Below, in pieces: positions 28,568 through 39,166 of a stretch of DNA of 64,000 nucleotides. The stretch spans positions 96,001 to 160,000 of the forward strand of contig CAXXFK010000028.1 of the NCBI GenBank assembly GCA_963663965.2. The letters are read 5' to 3'. The notes beneath the pieces are model-generated. The model made no database searches. It was not told where the DNA came from and was given only the letters and a program-made list of their open reading frames with translations. The DNA comes from Sedimentisphaerales bacterium (lineage in GTDB: Bacteria > Planctomycetota > Phycisphaerae > Sedimentisphaerales > SM23-30). The position numbers and the translations under genes are program-made. The first letter of the stretch is position 1. Each line of letters begins with the position of its first letter.

Positions 28568-31500
28568 GTGAATAAGCCTGTTTCATTTTTAATGATAATT
28601 GTTTTAGCCCTGTGCGAGCTTGCTGTAGCTTCAAACTCATATGATATTGTTGTTTATTGGTGGTACTTGCTCTGGGATAACTGCTGCAATTCAAGCTAAG
28701 AGAATGGGCAAGGATGTTATCCTGGTTATGCCCTGAAAAACATCTCGGAGGTTTGACTATTAGTGGTTTAGGGTGGACCGATACCAAGGATACGAATTGT
28801 ATTGGTGGTTTGGCCAGAGAGTTCTACCATAGGATATGGCAGTATTATAATGATCCTGAGGTATGGGTTTATCAGAACCGCAGCTCATATAATGTTAGTT
28901 GGCAGGCAGGTTCAGCTATTCAGGAAAGCAGTCAGACTATGTGGACATTTGAACCACATGTAGCCGAAGAAGTATTCGAACAATGGCTGATTGAAGAAGG
29001 AATAACAGTTGTCAGGAACCGCTGGCTGGACCGAAGCTCAGATGGAGTTATAAGATCTGGTAATAATATCACAGCTATCAAGACCCAGAGCTATGATGAT
29101 GATTTTGGCTTTTCTGATGCTGAGACTTATGCCGGCAAGATGTTTATAGATGCATCATATGAAGGTGACCTTATGGCTGTTGCCGGAGTAGCATATAGGA
29201 TTGGCAGAGATGATAAAAATGAATATAAAGAGTCTCTGAATGGTGTATATTTCAAATCCAGTGACCTTACCCCAGGAAATTCTCCGTATAAAAATATTGA
29301 TCCTTATGTTGTTCCGGGTGACCCTTCCAGTGGTTTGATTCGTCAAATTGAGAGTGAATTTGATGATATGAGCCAGATAGGTAAAGAGGACGGCCGCCTG
29401 CAGGCATTTAATTTCAGAATGTGCATGACAGATGTTAGTTCTAACAGGGTAGCGATAGAAAAGCCGCTAGCTTATGATGAAAGAGATTATGAGCTGCTGT
29501 TCAGACTGTATGAGGCAGGGCAGAACCCTGGTTTTACCGATCAGAGAATGCCAAATCTAAAGACTGATAATAATAATAGCGGGCTGATGTCACTTGACTG
29601 GCCAGGCGGCAATTACTCAATGGACGATAACTGGATATATTCAGAGGCTAGCTACACTGAGCGGATGAATTATGTTAAGAGACAGCGGGATTATCAGCAG
29701 GGGCTGCTCTGGACTATGCTTTATCATCCTCGTGTGCCGGCTGCTTCTCGCAGCAGCAAGGTAAAGTGGGGGCTGCCTAAAGATGAATTTGCAGATAATG
29801 GTCATTGGCCGTACTTCTCTTATGTGCGTGAGGCTCGCAGGATGGAAGGTGAAATGGTTATGACCGAGCATCATGTGAAGATGGAAAGTGGCTACACAGT
29901 ATATGATTCGATCGGGCAGGGTTCATATTCTCTGGATTCTCATGTAGTACGTCGTGTTGTAATAGATGGGGCTATATGGGATGAAGGCGGATTCTATCTC
30001 TGGTGGAGTAATGGCTATCCTATAAGCTATAAATCAATAGTGCCAAAGCGTGAACAGGCCAATAATTTGCTGGTTCCGGTTTGTCTTTCTGCCAGTCATG
30101 CTGCTTTTGGCAGTATTCGTATGGAACCGACTTATATGATCCTGGGGCAGTCAGCTGCAACTGCGGCCGTCTTGTCATTGGATAATGATTATGATCTGCA
30201 GGATCTGCCATATGATATTCTGAGAACAAGATTGTTGTCTGATGGACAGCGGTTAAAAGAAACTTTTTCGTCAAAATATAATTCTGTTTTGCTGAACTTT
30301 GGGCCGGAGATAAGTAATGATGATAACAGCCCAGCCCATGATGTTGGCAAAATCTCTGGAAATAACTGGAATTCTATTACAGCAGACACTAGTTCTAACA
30401 TAATCAATTCTGTTGGTAATTCGACTGATATACAAGTTGATCTTGGTAAGACATTACCTGGTCAGAAAGTGATTAAATGGGATCTTGATGGTTTTATTAG
30501 CAATGCGTTAGGCACTGACTATAGCACTGGTGTGTATCAGGGGAATGCCAGAAGTGCACTATATGTTAACGATGGTAAAAATAGCGATGTTGCTTTAGGT
30601 GTAAGGATATCAGGGCTTGATGCAGGTGTATATGGTTTTTTCCTCACTGCTGTTAATACCAATACCACGGTTTCTGACGCTTATGAAATATATGTTTATG
30701 AAGCAGGGACTTCAGATGGCGATTTTGATTTCAGTGACAAAAATGCAATATTGCTGGAAAATCAAAAAGATAATGACTCCTGGCTGGTAAATCAAAACTT
30801 TGCCATAGCTCAGTCAGGGTATACATCTGGTAATGATATTATAATTGTAGTAGAGGGGCTGGAAAGTGCAGGCTATCGAGCATTTATAAATACGCTGGAA
30901 ATTGTACCGCTTGCGATTTCTCCATTGGCACCTAAAGTAGTAGTAGAACCAGAAAGTCAAACAGTTGCGTTAAATGGTAGTGATAATTCTGCGACTTTTA
31001 CCTGTTGCTTCAAAAGCAGTTCTTCAGCTGCAGTAAGGTGGTATCGAAAAAAAACAAATCAAGCGGCTGAATTGCTTGAGGTTGTTCCCGGTGAGATTGA
31101 GATCATTGGGCCAGATTATGATAATGAATTCAATTACTATTCTACTTCACTTGTAATGTCTAATATTGATCATTCAGATGTCGGCAGTTATATTTGTTAT
31201 CTTGAAAATGAAGATGGTAGTTGTATTTCTAATTCAGGGTTACTGTTAGTCGCTGAGCTGCAGGCTCACTGGTCTTTAGATCAGCAGGACTATTCTGATG
31301 GTATATATAATGATATTTCTGGATATAATAGAAATGTTTCTGTTTCTGGGACCCCTCAATTCGTAAATGGCGCAGATAATAGCAGTGATGGTTCTGTTTC
31401 GGTAACATCCGGGCAAAGCTGCGGTACGGCAGGTTCATGGGACCCGCTGGAAGATACCGGGAAGTTCAGTATTAGCTGCTGGCTCTATTGGACAGGCGGT

Positions 31501-32049
31501 ACTCAGACAAGCATGATCATGGATAAGGCTGATAGTTGGAGTACTTCTCAGATGATGTGGGCTTTGGGATTGAATCCTACCACAAAATCAATTAATTTTG
31601 TAGCGGCTGGGTCAAGTGCATTTCAGACTCCGATCAGTAGTACTGACTTGGCTCTCAATAGATGGCATCATTTGATTGTAACGTACGATAAAGACACTAA
31701 ACAGGCAAATCTATATGTTGATATGAAGTATATCGATAGCTGTTCGTTTGATATGGGTACTAAGGCTGATAGTGTTGTGCATGTAGGCTGTAGTGCTAGT
31801 GGTAATTATTTCAATGGAATGCTGGATGATATTAGAATATATAACTATGTTCTGGATGAACGTGGTATGCTCGAAGCGTATAATGGTGCCGCTGCTGATA
31901 AAGTAAACATTTGCTTGCTTGATAGCTATAGTAGCCAGTTTGACATAACAGGACCGGACAATTATTCGGATTGCAGGGTGGATTTATATGATCTTTCCTG
32001 TATGATGAATGTCTGGTTTAGTTCCGGACTTTATCCAAATATTAATTAG
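28568..32049 (+). CDS. Secreted FAD-dependent oxidoreductase (FAD_oxidored family) + Ig + LamG + half-dockerin; two frameshifts near 28660 and 28728
   Basis: Removing two single bases restores [85 protein letters not shown]. Confidence 0.85.
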
Positions 32050-32140
32050 TGTCTTAATTTATATTTATAAATTGTAATTATGTTTAATATAAGAGCCTTG
32101 TGAATTAGTTTTGCAGTGTATTTTAATGAGAGGTAGATTG

Positions 32141-34864
32141 ATGTTAAAAAGATTCGTTTTGTTGTTTGTATTTGTGACTTCTATATTCAGCGGGCAATTT
32201 TTGTTTGCTGCTGATAATTGTGAGCTTTCGCGTAAACCATATTTAGATAATGAAGATGCTTTAGTTTTGCGTTCTAAAGATTTTTATAATGGCAACTATA
32301 GCTGGCAAATAATTAAAAGTAACCAGTCTGATCAAGAAGGTGCTGTTGTTTCCAGGCCAGGTTATGTAGGTTCAGCTGCATATAATGCAATAGTACCAGG
32401 TACAGTATTGAATACCCTTGTTTACAATAAGGTTTATCCTGAGCCATACTACGGCCTTAATAATGCTAAAGAAAAGAATCTTATTCCTGATATTACTGAT
32501 GTTGGGGCAGAGTTTTATACCTACTGGTTCAGGACTGAGTTTGAACTGGATGATTCTTTTGTTGGCAAACAGGTAATGATGAGGTTTGACGGCATAAACT
32601 ATCGTGCTGAGATCTGGCTTAATGGTCATGAAATTGGCTTAATGGCTGGTATGTTCAACAGGGGATTTTTTAATATAAGTGATTTTGTCAATAGGAATGG
32701 CAAAAATGCACTTGCTGTACTTGTTCGCCCAGTTGATGTTCATGGCGGTTTTAAGAATAAATATAAGAAAGCTAGGGCAGTAGGTGAGAATAAAAACGGT
32801 GGTGATGGTGAAATTGGCAAAAATGTTACTATGCTTATGTCTGTAGGTTGGGACTTTACATTTTCTGATGGTATCAGAGATCGTAATACCGGTATATGGA
32901 AGGATGTTGTTATCTACCCTGTTGATTCTGTCGAACTGCGAGATACATTTGTTAAAAGTGTTCTTTCTATGCCTGATATGAAAAGCAGTGAACAGGAAAT
33001 ATCGGTCGAAATAACTAATTATGAAGATCATGCCGTTACAGGTGCAGTTAAAGCTGAAATTGATGGTATGGGTGTTAGTATCTCAAAAGATGTTGATCTT
33101 AAGGCTAATGAGACTAAGGTTGTTAAACTGTCTTCGGATGAGTACGGCTCTTTGATTTGTCAGAATCCAAAACTATGGTGGCCTATCAATAAAGGGCCGC
33201 AAAACCTGTATGAACTAAAAATGTCATTCGAGTCGCATGGTAATGTTTGTGATACGGCTAAAGCAAGATTTGCCGTCAGGAGTGTGACCAGCGATTGTAA
33301 TACTCCTGATAAGAGCAGGCAGTTTTATGTTAATGGTAAGCCAATATTCCTGCATGGAACTAACTGGATACCGGAAGCTATGTTGCGTAAGACAGATGAG
33401 CGTATGTATGCAGAGATGAGATATACTCAGCAGGCAGGTATTAACTTTATTCGCTTTTGGGCCGGTGGGATTGCTGAGTCTGATTATTTCTTCGATCTTT
33501 GTGATGAAATAGGAATTATGGTTTCTATGGAATTCTGGCTGGCCGGTGACACTGAATTGCCGCTTGACCATAAACTATACCGTAAAAATGCTGCTGATAC
33601 GATCAAGACGATCAGGAATCACCCATCTTTAGTATATTATATTTCTGCTAATGAACGCGGTACTAATAATATTGTCCAGATAAAAGATATTGTTGAAAAG
33701 CTTGACGGCACACGCGGCTATCAGGAAGCGTCTGAAATTAAAGGGATACATGATGGCAGTCCGTACAAATATGTAAATCCTATGTTCTATTATGATGATA
33801 CCGCTTCGCCTCGCGGCAGTCGTATAAATGGACTCTGTCCGGAATATGGTACTTCATGTCTGCCTACCCTTGATTGTCTGGAAGAAATGATGGACAAGAG
33901 TGATATCTGGCCGATAAATGAGAATGTCTGGAATTACCATGATGGTGGTGCTTTCCATGACATTGTCTCCAGGTATGTACCTGCCATGGAAAAATATGGC
34001 AAGATTAAGTCTGCTGAAGATCTGGCCTGGAAAGGGCAGGTTATTGGTGCTGTCGGTTACCGCAGTATCTGGGAATGCTGGACATATAATCGGGGTACAA
34101 ATGGCGATCGTTTTACTACTGGTGTCTGGTTCTGGTATCATAATAGCCCTACAAGGCAGGTTTGTGGACGTATGTGGGACTGGTCATTAGAGCCAACGGC
34201 TGCACTATATTTTTCTCAGGATGCACATGAACCTATCCATGCTCAATATGACTTCATAAAAGATACTGTTTCGCTTAATAATGAATATTATTCTCCATTT
34301 GAAGGATATGTTGCTGTTAAGGTACTTGATTTTGATTTGAATGTAAAGTTTGAGAAAGTTGTTAAGGTTCAGGCAGATGCTGATAGTGTAGCAAATGATG
34401 TATTAAAGGTTAAAATTCCTTCGAATATATCAAACGTGCATTTTATTAAGCTTAATGTTACTGATAGTAAGCACAATGCTGTTTCAGATACCTTCTACTG
34501 GCGTTCTACAGAACAGTATAATGGCAAAGACAGCTGGACCGGCCCGCTATATGGTGGGTTCGAGGAAATGCAGACATTGCCAGTTGTTAAGCTTGATGCC
34601 GTATGTGTGAATACAGGCAGTGGTTATAATGTGAAATTGACAAATAATACTAAGAGTCTTGCCTTTATGAGCAGGGTAAAACTGGCATATAGTGATTCTG
34701 GTAAACCAGTTCGTCCAGCTTTTTATAGTGATAATTATGTTTCACTTTTGCCGGGCGAATCTGTAGAAATTAGTATTGAGCCTTATGAGTCAGTAGTAAA
34801 CCCAGTTATTGTTGTAGATGGCTATAATGTTGTAAAACAGAATTTGTCTGTTCAGGGTAAATGA
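32141..34864 (+). CDS. GH2 beta-mannosidase/endo-beta-mannosidase-like glycosidase (stand-alone paralog)
   Basis: Same motifs as 16832 (GIRDRNTGIW, IRNHPS..ANE, PEYG); signal peptide; GAGAGG RBS. Confidence 0.92.
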   Translation: MLKRFVLLFVFVTSIFSGQFLFAADNCELSRKPYLDNEDALVLRSKDFYNGNYSWQIIKSNQSDQEGAVVSRPGYVGSAAYNAIVPGTVLNTLVYNKVYPEPYYGLNNAKEKNLIPDITDVGAEFYTYWFRTEFELDDSFVGKQVMMRFDGINYRAEIWLNGHEIGLMAGMFNRGFFNISDFVNRNGKNALAVLVRPVDVHGGFKNKYKKARAVGENKNGGDGEIGKNVTMLMSVGWDFTFSDGIRDRNTGIWKDVVIYPVDSVELRDTFVKSVLSMPDMKSSEQEISVEITNYEDHAVTGAVKAEIDGMGVSISKDVDLKANETKVVKLSSDEYGSLICQNPKLWWPINKGPQNLYELKMSFESHGNVCDTAKARFAVRSVTSDCNTPDKSRQFYVNGKPIFLHGTNWIPEAMLRKTDERMYAEMRYTQQAGINFIRFWAGGIAESDYFFDLCDEIGIMVSMEFWLAGDTELPLDHKLYRKNAADTIKTIRNHPSLVYYISANERGTNNIVQIKDIVEKLDGTRGYQEASEIKGIHDGSPYKYVNPMFYYDDTASPRGSRINGLCPEYGTSCLPTLDCLEEMMDKSDIWPINENVWNYHDGGAFHDIVSRYVPAMEKYGKIKSAEDLAWKGQVIGAVGYRSIWECWTYNRGTNGDRFTTGVWFWYHNSPTRQVCGRMWDWSLEPTAALYFSQDAHEPIHAQYDFIKDTVSLNNEYYSPFEGYVAVKVLDFDLNVKFEKVVKVQADADSVANDVLKVKIPSNISNVHFIKLNVTDSKHNAVSDTFYWRSTEQYNGKDSWTGPLYGGFEEMQTLPVVKLDAVCVNTGSGYNVKLTNNTKSLAFMSRVKLAYSDSGKPVRPAFYSDNYVSLLPGESVEISIEPYESVVNPVIVVDGYNVVKQNLSVQGK

Positions 34865-35203
34865 TTAAGCTTTTTTAAGGTGTTTTGCCTATGACGTACT
34901 TCGGGCATCCATAAATGAATTGCCTTCTTTACTAAAGCGTTAAATAGTTTCGCTAGTGTTGGATAGAGTGTCCTTCACTAGCGGACTAGACGCAGAGTTT
35001 TAGTATAATTGTGATATTTGCTTGTATTATAATGAAATTTTGATTTTTTGCCTAAAAATAATATATTTAATTTGTTATAAGAATGTTAGGTATTATCTTT
35101 TATTTATTTTGATATTCTTCTAGTGATCAAATATTTCGAAACAGTTCTAAATCTTTTTAGATAATTGGTATATATGTAAGCATTTTGTAAAATGGAGGTT
35201 ATT

Positions 35204-36109
35204 ATGGAAAAAAGGAAGTCTGGATTCACTTTAATAGAATTGTTAGTTGTTATTACTATTATTGCTTTATTGGTGTCGATTCTTATGCCGTCTTTGAATA
35301 AGGCTAAGCAGCAAGCTACTGCGACTGTTTGTCTGGCTAATCTTAAATCATTATCTACTGCATATATTATGTATTCTGATTCAAATGGAGGGCATATCCC
35401 TGGTGGATTTGTCGCCAGGTCAAATCAAACTGCTTTAATTCATAAGGCTCAATGGGTCTTTGCACCACAAGATGAAAATGGTAATCCTAAAGATATCCCT
35501 AGTGCAACGGCTTATGCAACGCTTGAAGATAGGATAAATGGGATAAAACGGGGATCTCTTTGGAAATATATAAAAAAGCATGAAGTTTATAATTGTCCAG
35601 GTGATAAGAGGATGAAAAAGCCTATTTCAACTAATATGGTGAACCATGAGCTAAACTATATGATCTATAGAAGTTATAGCATTCCTGATTGTTTAAGCGG
35701 TCCGCAGAGTCCGGAAACATATGTTATTAACCCGGTAAAAATGTTTAACAGGGTGAAAACCCCTACAGAGAAGTATTGCTTTATTGAAGTAGCTGATCCA
35801 GGTGATGGCGGTTTTAATTATAATCATGGGGGATGGTCTTTCAATCCGTGGGGGCTTAATCGCCCATGGGATCCGATGGCTCCGTTTCATAATAGTAGCG
35901 GTATATTTGCATTTATGGATGGTCATGCAGAAAGGCATAAATGGGAGCATCAGAATACTGTTGATTTTTGTGAGTCCGGTATGTACGGCAGTAATTGGGG
36001 GGTACCTTATAGTCCAGTTGAAATGGATGCTACTGGTTATCCTAATAAAGATGTGTACTGGCTGGTAAGAGGATGGGCAAGCGACTGGGCTCAGAAAATG
36101 ACTTATTGA
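35204..36109 (+). CDS. Prepilin-type N-methylation / H-X9-DG domain protein
   Basis: [45 protein letters not shown] is an exact H-X9-DG motif. Confidence 0.93.
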   Translation: MEKRKSGFTLIELLVVITIIALLVSILMPSLNKAKQQATATVCLANLKSLSTAYIMYSDSNGGHIPGGFVARSNQTALIHKAQWVFAPQDENGNPKDIPSATAYATLEDRINGIKRGSLWKYIKKHEVYNCPGDKRMKKPISTNMVNHELNYMIYRSYSIPDCLSGPQSPETYVINPVKMFNRVKTPTEKYCFIEVADPGDGGFNYNHGGWSFNPWGLNRPWDPMAPFHNSSGIFAFMDGHAERHKWEHQNTVDFCESGMYGSNWGVPYSPVEMDATGYPNKDVYWLVRGWASDWAQKMTY

Positions 36110-36235
36110 TCTTGAAGGTGCTATAATGCGATTTATTCTTTTGTTATTTTGTTTTTGTTTATTGGTAAGTTATCAATCCGCTTATGCTGAAGATGGCTTA
36201 TAGTACGTTATTTGTGTTTTTTTGAAAGGTTTTGT

Positions 36236-37300
36236 ATGAAATTTAAGTTTTTGGCTCTTATTGTGATGTGTTTAGCTGCTAGTTTGCAGGCTTCAGCGAT
36301 AAATATTTCAGATAAGGGGTCTGTGGAAAAGTATGGAAAGTTAGTAGTAAAAGAGCTGCTTTCCAGGAAATTCCAGTTTTCTGGCAGGGGTGGTCTCGAT
36401 TATCCTGAAGTTTGTGCGGCATTGGGGGCTTTCAGATTCTCTCAGTGTGTGGATGATAAAGAAAGCATAGATAATCTTATCAAAAGATATGAGGATTTCC
36501 TTGGTAGCGACAATTCATTAATTGATACCTATGAGCACGTGGATCATAATGTTAAGGGGCTAGTTCCGCTACAGATTTTCATTGTAAATCATGATGAGCG
36601 TTATGAAAAAGTTGGGCTTGAATACGCTGACAGGCAGTGGGCTAAAGAGATCGATGGTGGCTTGTCATTTCAGACCCGGTGGTGGATTGATGATATGTAT
36701 ATGGTCGGTAGTTTGCAGATGCAGGCATATCGGGCAACTGGCAATGTTGGATATGCTGATAAGGCAGCCAGGCAGATTCATGCATATGTTGACAGACTAC
36801 AGCAGGCAAACGGCCTCTTTTATCACGGCCCTGAGTTTCCTTTCTATTGGGGGCGTGGGAATGGATGGGTTGCTTCGGCTTTTGCTGAAATACTGAGAGA
36901 TCTGCCTGAAGATAATAAGCACAGGGCGGCTATTGTGGCTAGTTATAAGAAGATGATGGAGTCTTTATTGGAGTATCAGTCTGAAAATGGGCTATGGAGG
37001 CAATTGGTCGATAATAAATATTCCTGGACAGAAACTTCTTGTACTGCCATGTTTGCTTACTCAATGGCTGTTGGGGTTAAGCTGGGCATTCTCGAAAAGG
37101 GCATATATGAGCCAGCAGTTATTAAAGCATGGCAAGGCTTATGCTGGCATGTAAACAGAGATGGCAAGATAAGAGACGTCTGCATGGGGACAAATCAGGT
37201 AAATGATGTTGAGTTTTATCTAAACCGTCCAAGAGCTACGGGTGATCTGCATGGACAGGCACCGTTTTTGTGGTTAGCAGCTGAATTACTTTCTGAGTAA
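36236..37300 (+). CDS. GH105/GH88 unsaturated glycuronyl hydrolase (YteR-like)
   Basis: WWIDDMYM, GLFYH, WGRGNGW, QSENGLWRQL, ETSCTAMFAY, DLHGQAPFL. Confidence 0.92.
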   Translation: MKFKFLALIVMCLAASLQASAINISDKGSVEKYGKLVVKELLSRKFQFSGRGGLDYPEVCAALGAFRFSQCVDDKESIDNLIKRYEDFLGSDNSLIDTYEHVDHNVKGLVPLQIFIVNHDERYEKVGLEYADRQWAKEIDGGLSFQTRWWIDDMYMVGSLQMQAYRATGNVGYADKAARQIHAYVDRLQQANGLFYHGPEFPFYWGRGNGWVASAFAEILRDLPEDNKHRAAIVASYKKMMESLLEYQSENGLWRQLVDNKYSWTETSCTAMFAYSMAVGVKLGILEKGIYEPAVIKAWQGLCWHVNRDGKIRDVCMGTNQVNDVEFYLNRPRATGDLHGQAPFLWLAAELLSE

Positions 37301-37328
37301 AATGCCTTAATGGAAATTCCATTCTGTG

Positions 37329-38414
37329 TTATTCGCTTGCTGGTGTGCCAGATGGTTTTTCTATTTGTTGTGTTATAGATAATGGCATGCCGAAGTCTGG
37401 CATGTCATTACTTTTCCAGTGTATTCTTTGTGCTCGCGGCGAACGGGTATTGCCGCAACCATCATCCGGGTTATTGTTAGCGTGGTATAATATCCAGTCT
37501 TCTGTGTCGTCCGGACTTTTGAAAAAACAGTTATGGCCAGTTCCATATACGCCATTTTCAGGTGATTGGTAAAAAACGGGAACTTCTGATTTAGTCCATG
37601 ATTCCGGATTTAATGGGGCGCTGTTTATGTCAGCTGTCAGCATCCCTAATGCATAATAAGGAGTCCAGCAGCCGCTGCAGGAGTAGATTAAATGCATTTT
37701 GCTGCCATGTGTCAGGAATTGTGGTCCCTCATTGACATATATGGGGAATTCCAGTTTGGCTGTCTGCTGGTAGTCCCACTTGCGTTCCCAGTCATATTCT
37801 GGTTCGTTTAGTTGTACACGCTCGGTTGCAACAGTCCAGGGATTTGCCATTTTTGCTATATAAATTCTCTGGGTTTCAATGTCAACTTTTGGTTCTCTCC
37901 AGCCAGACCATAGAAGGTATAGCTCTCCATTTAGTTCAAACACTGTTCCATCAATTGCCCAGTTATCAGCCTTGTCAGTCTTGAGTCTTGCTTTCATCGT
38001 GAAGTTGCCTTCGAATGGATCACTGTTTTGGTTCTCCAGGACAAATAGTCTGTGGTTGTGATGGTTGCCGTCATCCGCCGCATAATAAACATACCAAGCG
38101 CCTTGAAGGTAGTGGATTTCAGGTGCCCAAAGATCATGTGAATGGTCGGTATTGTCTGGAGCCTGCCATATTATTTTTTGGTCAGCATTTGCCAGTTTTG
38201 TTATGTCAGGTGTTTTAAGTAGTATAAGGCTTTTGTTTTGGGATTTTATGTAATAATAATTGCCATCTAAAAAGAATACCCATGGGTCTGGCCCGGATTG
38301 TAGAAGCGGGTTGGTGAAGGTTTCAGTGGTTTCTATCTTGTGGTATTTGCAGCCATTTATGGCAAATAGACAAAATATCAATATAGCTGTTGTAGAGAAT
38401 AAAGTTTTGTTCAT
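37329..38414 (-). CDS. GH43 alpha-L-arabinofuranosidase-like lipoprotein
   Basis: GPDPW, LWAPEIH, WAIDGT, VNEGP, GTGHNCF; lipobox-like AINGC. Confidence 0.92.
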   Translation of the reverse strand: MNKTLFSTTAILIFCLFAINGCKYHKIETTETFTNPLLQSGPDPWVFFLDGNYYYIKSQNKSLILLKTPDITKLANADQKIIWQAPDNTDHSHDLWAPEIHYLQGAWYVYYAADDGNHHNHRLFVLENQNSDPFEGNFTMKARLKTDKADNWAIDGTVFELNGELYLLWSGWREPKVDIETQRIYIAKMANPWTVATERVQLNEPEYDWERKWDYQQTAKLEFPIYVNEGPQFLTHGSKMHLIYSCSGCWTPYYALGMLTADINSAPLNPESWTKSEVPVFYQSPENGVYGTGHNCFFKSPDDTEDWILYHANNNPDDGCGNTRSPRAQRIHWKSNDMPDFGMPLSITQQIEKPSGTPASE

Positions 38415-39166
38415 GGGTGCAACCTAAGAGCTTGAGTAATGTTATATAATGATTATCTATTGGAGAATGATACTTACAAATTAGCTATTTTTCAAATAAT
38501 AAGATGGGGTTTTGTGTGCTGAGGAACAAGAAAGATTTTTATTCTTTTTTGTTAGAGGTTTTTTGCTCTTGAAAATGCGGGCTGTGTAATAAGTATTTGT
38601 TTTTAAGAATGTTACATGTCGTCCTTTTCTTTGTATTATTGTGGATGTGTCTGTTTTGTTGTTATTTATGTAAATTTACTTTATTGGACTATTTAGTGTA
38701 GTGTGGTGTTAAAAAGTATTACTGGCTGTTTTTACATTATTTTAACAAATAATTGATATTGACTATGTTTTTACGTATGCCTATAATTCAGCGTAACGTA
38801 TATTTGTACGTTGTGTAGCGTTTATTTGTATAAATATTAGACTAGACATCCTTTTTTATAGTTTTATTTATGATTTTTGTAAAGGTGTGTTTTGAGGATG
38901 GTTTTTTACTATTTGATGCTTTAGGTTAAAAATAGTGAAATAATAATCGTATTTTAATACGGTTTAAATGAATCTGTGCTCTAATGTCTGGCGTAGATGA
39001 ATGTGCTACATATAACTGGGAGAATTGTTTTTACGGCAGTTCTATATTATAAGTAAAGATAACTAAGAGATAATATTTTATTTAAGTTATTGCTTTGGGG
39101 TGAAATCAGATAATAGCAGTTCATGGATGAATTTGCGAAATAGTTTTGTTCCGGCAATGATGGATT

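Noticed and set aside
16958..34835. GH2 pair as an assembly duplication
   Set aside because: Abundant synonymous and amino-acid differences show they are true paralogs.
34937..35000. c-di-GMP-I riboswitch (GACGCAGAG resembles GACGCAAAG)
   Set aside because: No GNRA-capped P2 and no P3/receptor stem; the resemblance is too short.
38415..39166. 750-bp AT-rich intergenic region as oriC or ncRNA
   Set aside because: No DnaA-box cluster or extended structure; consistent with a divergent promoter region.
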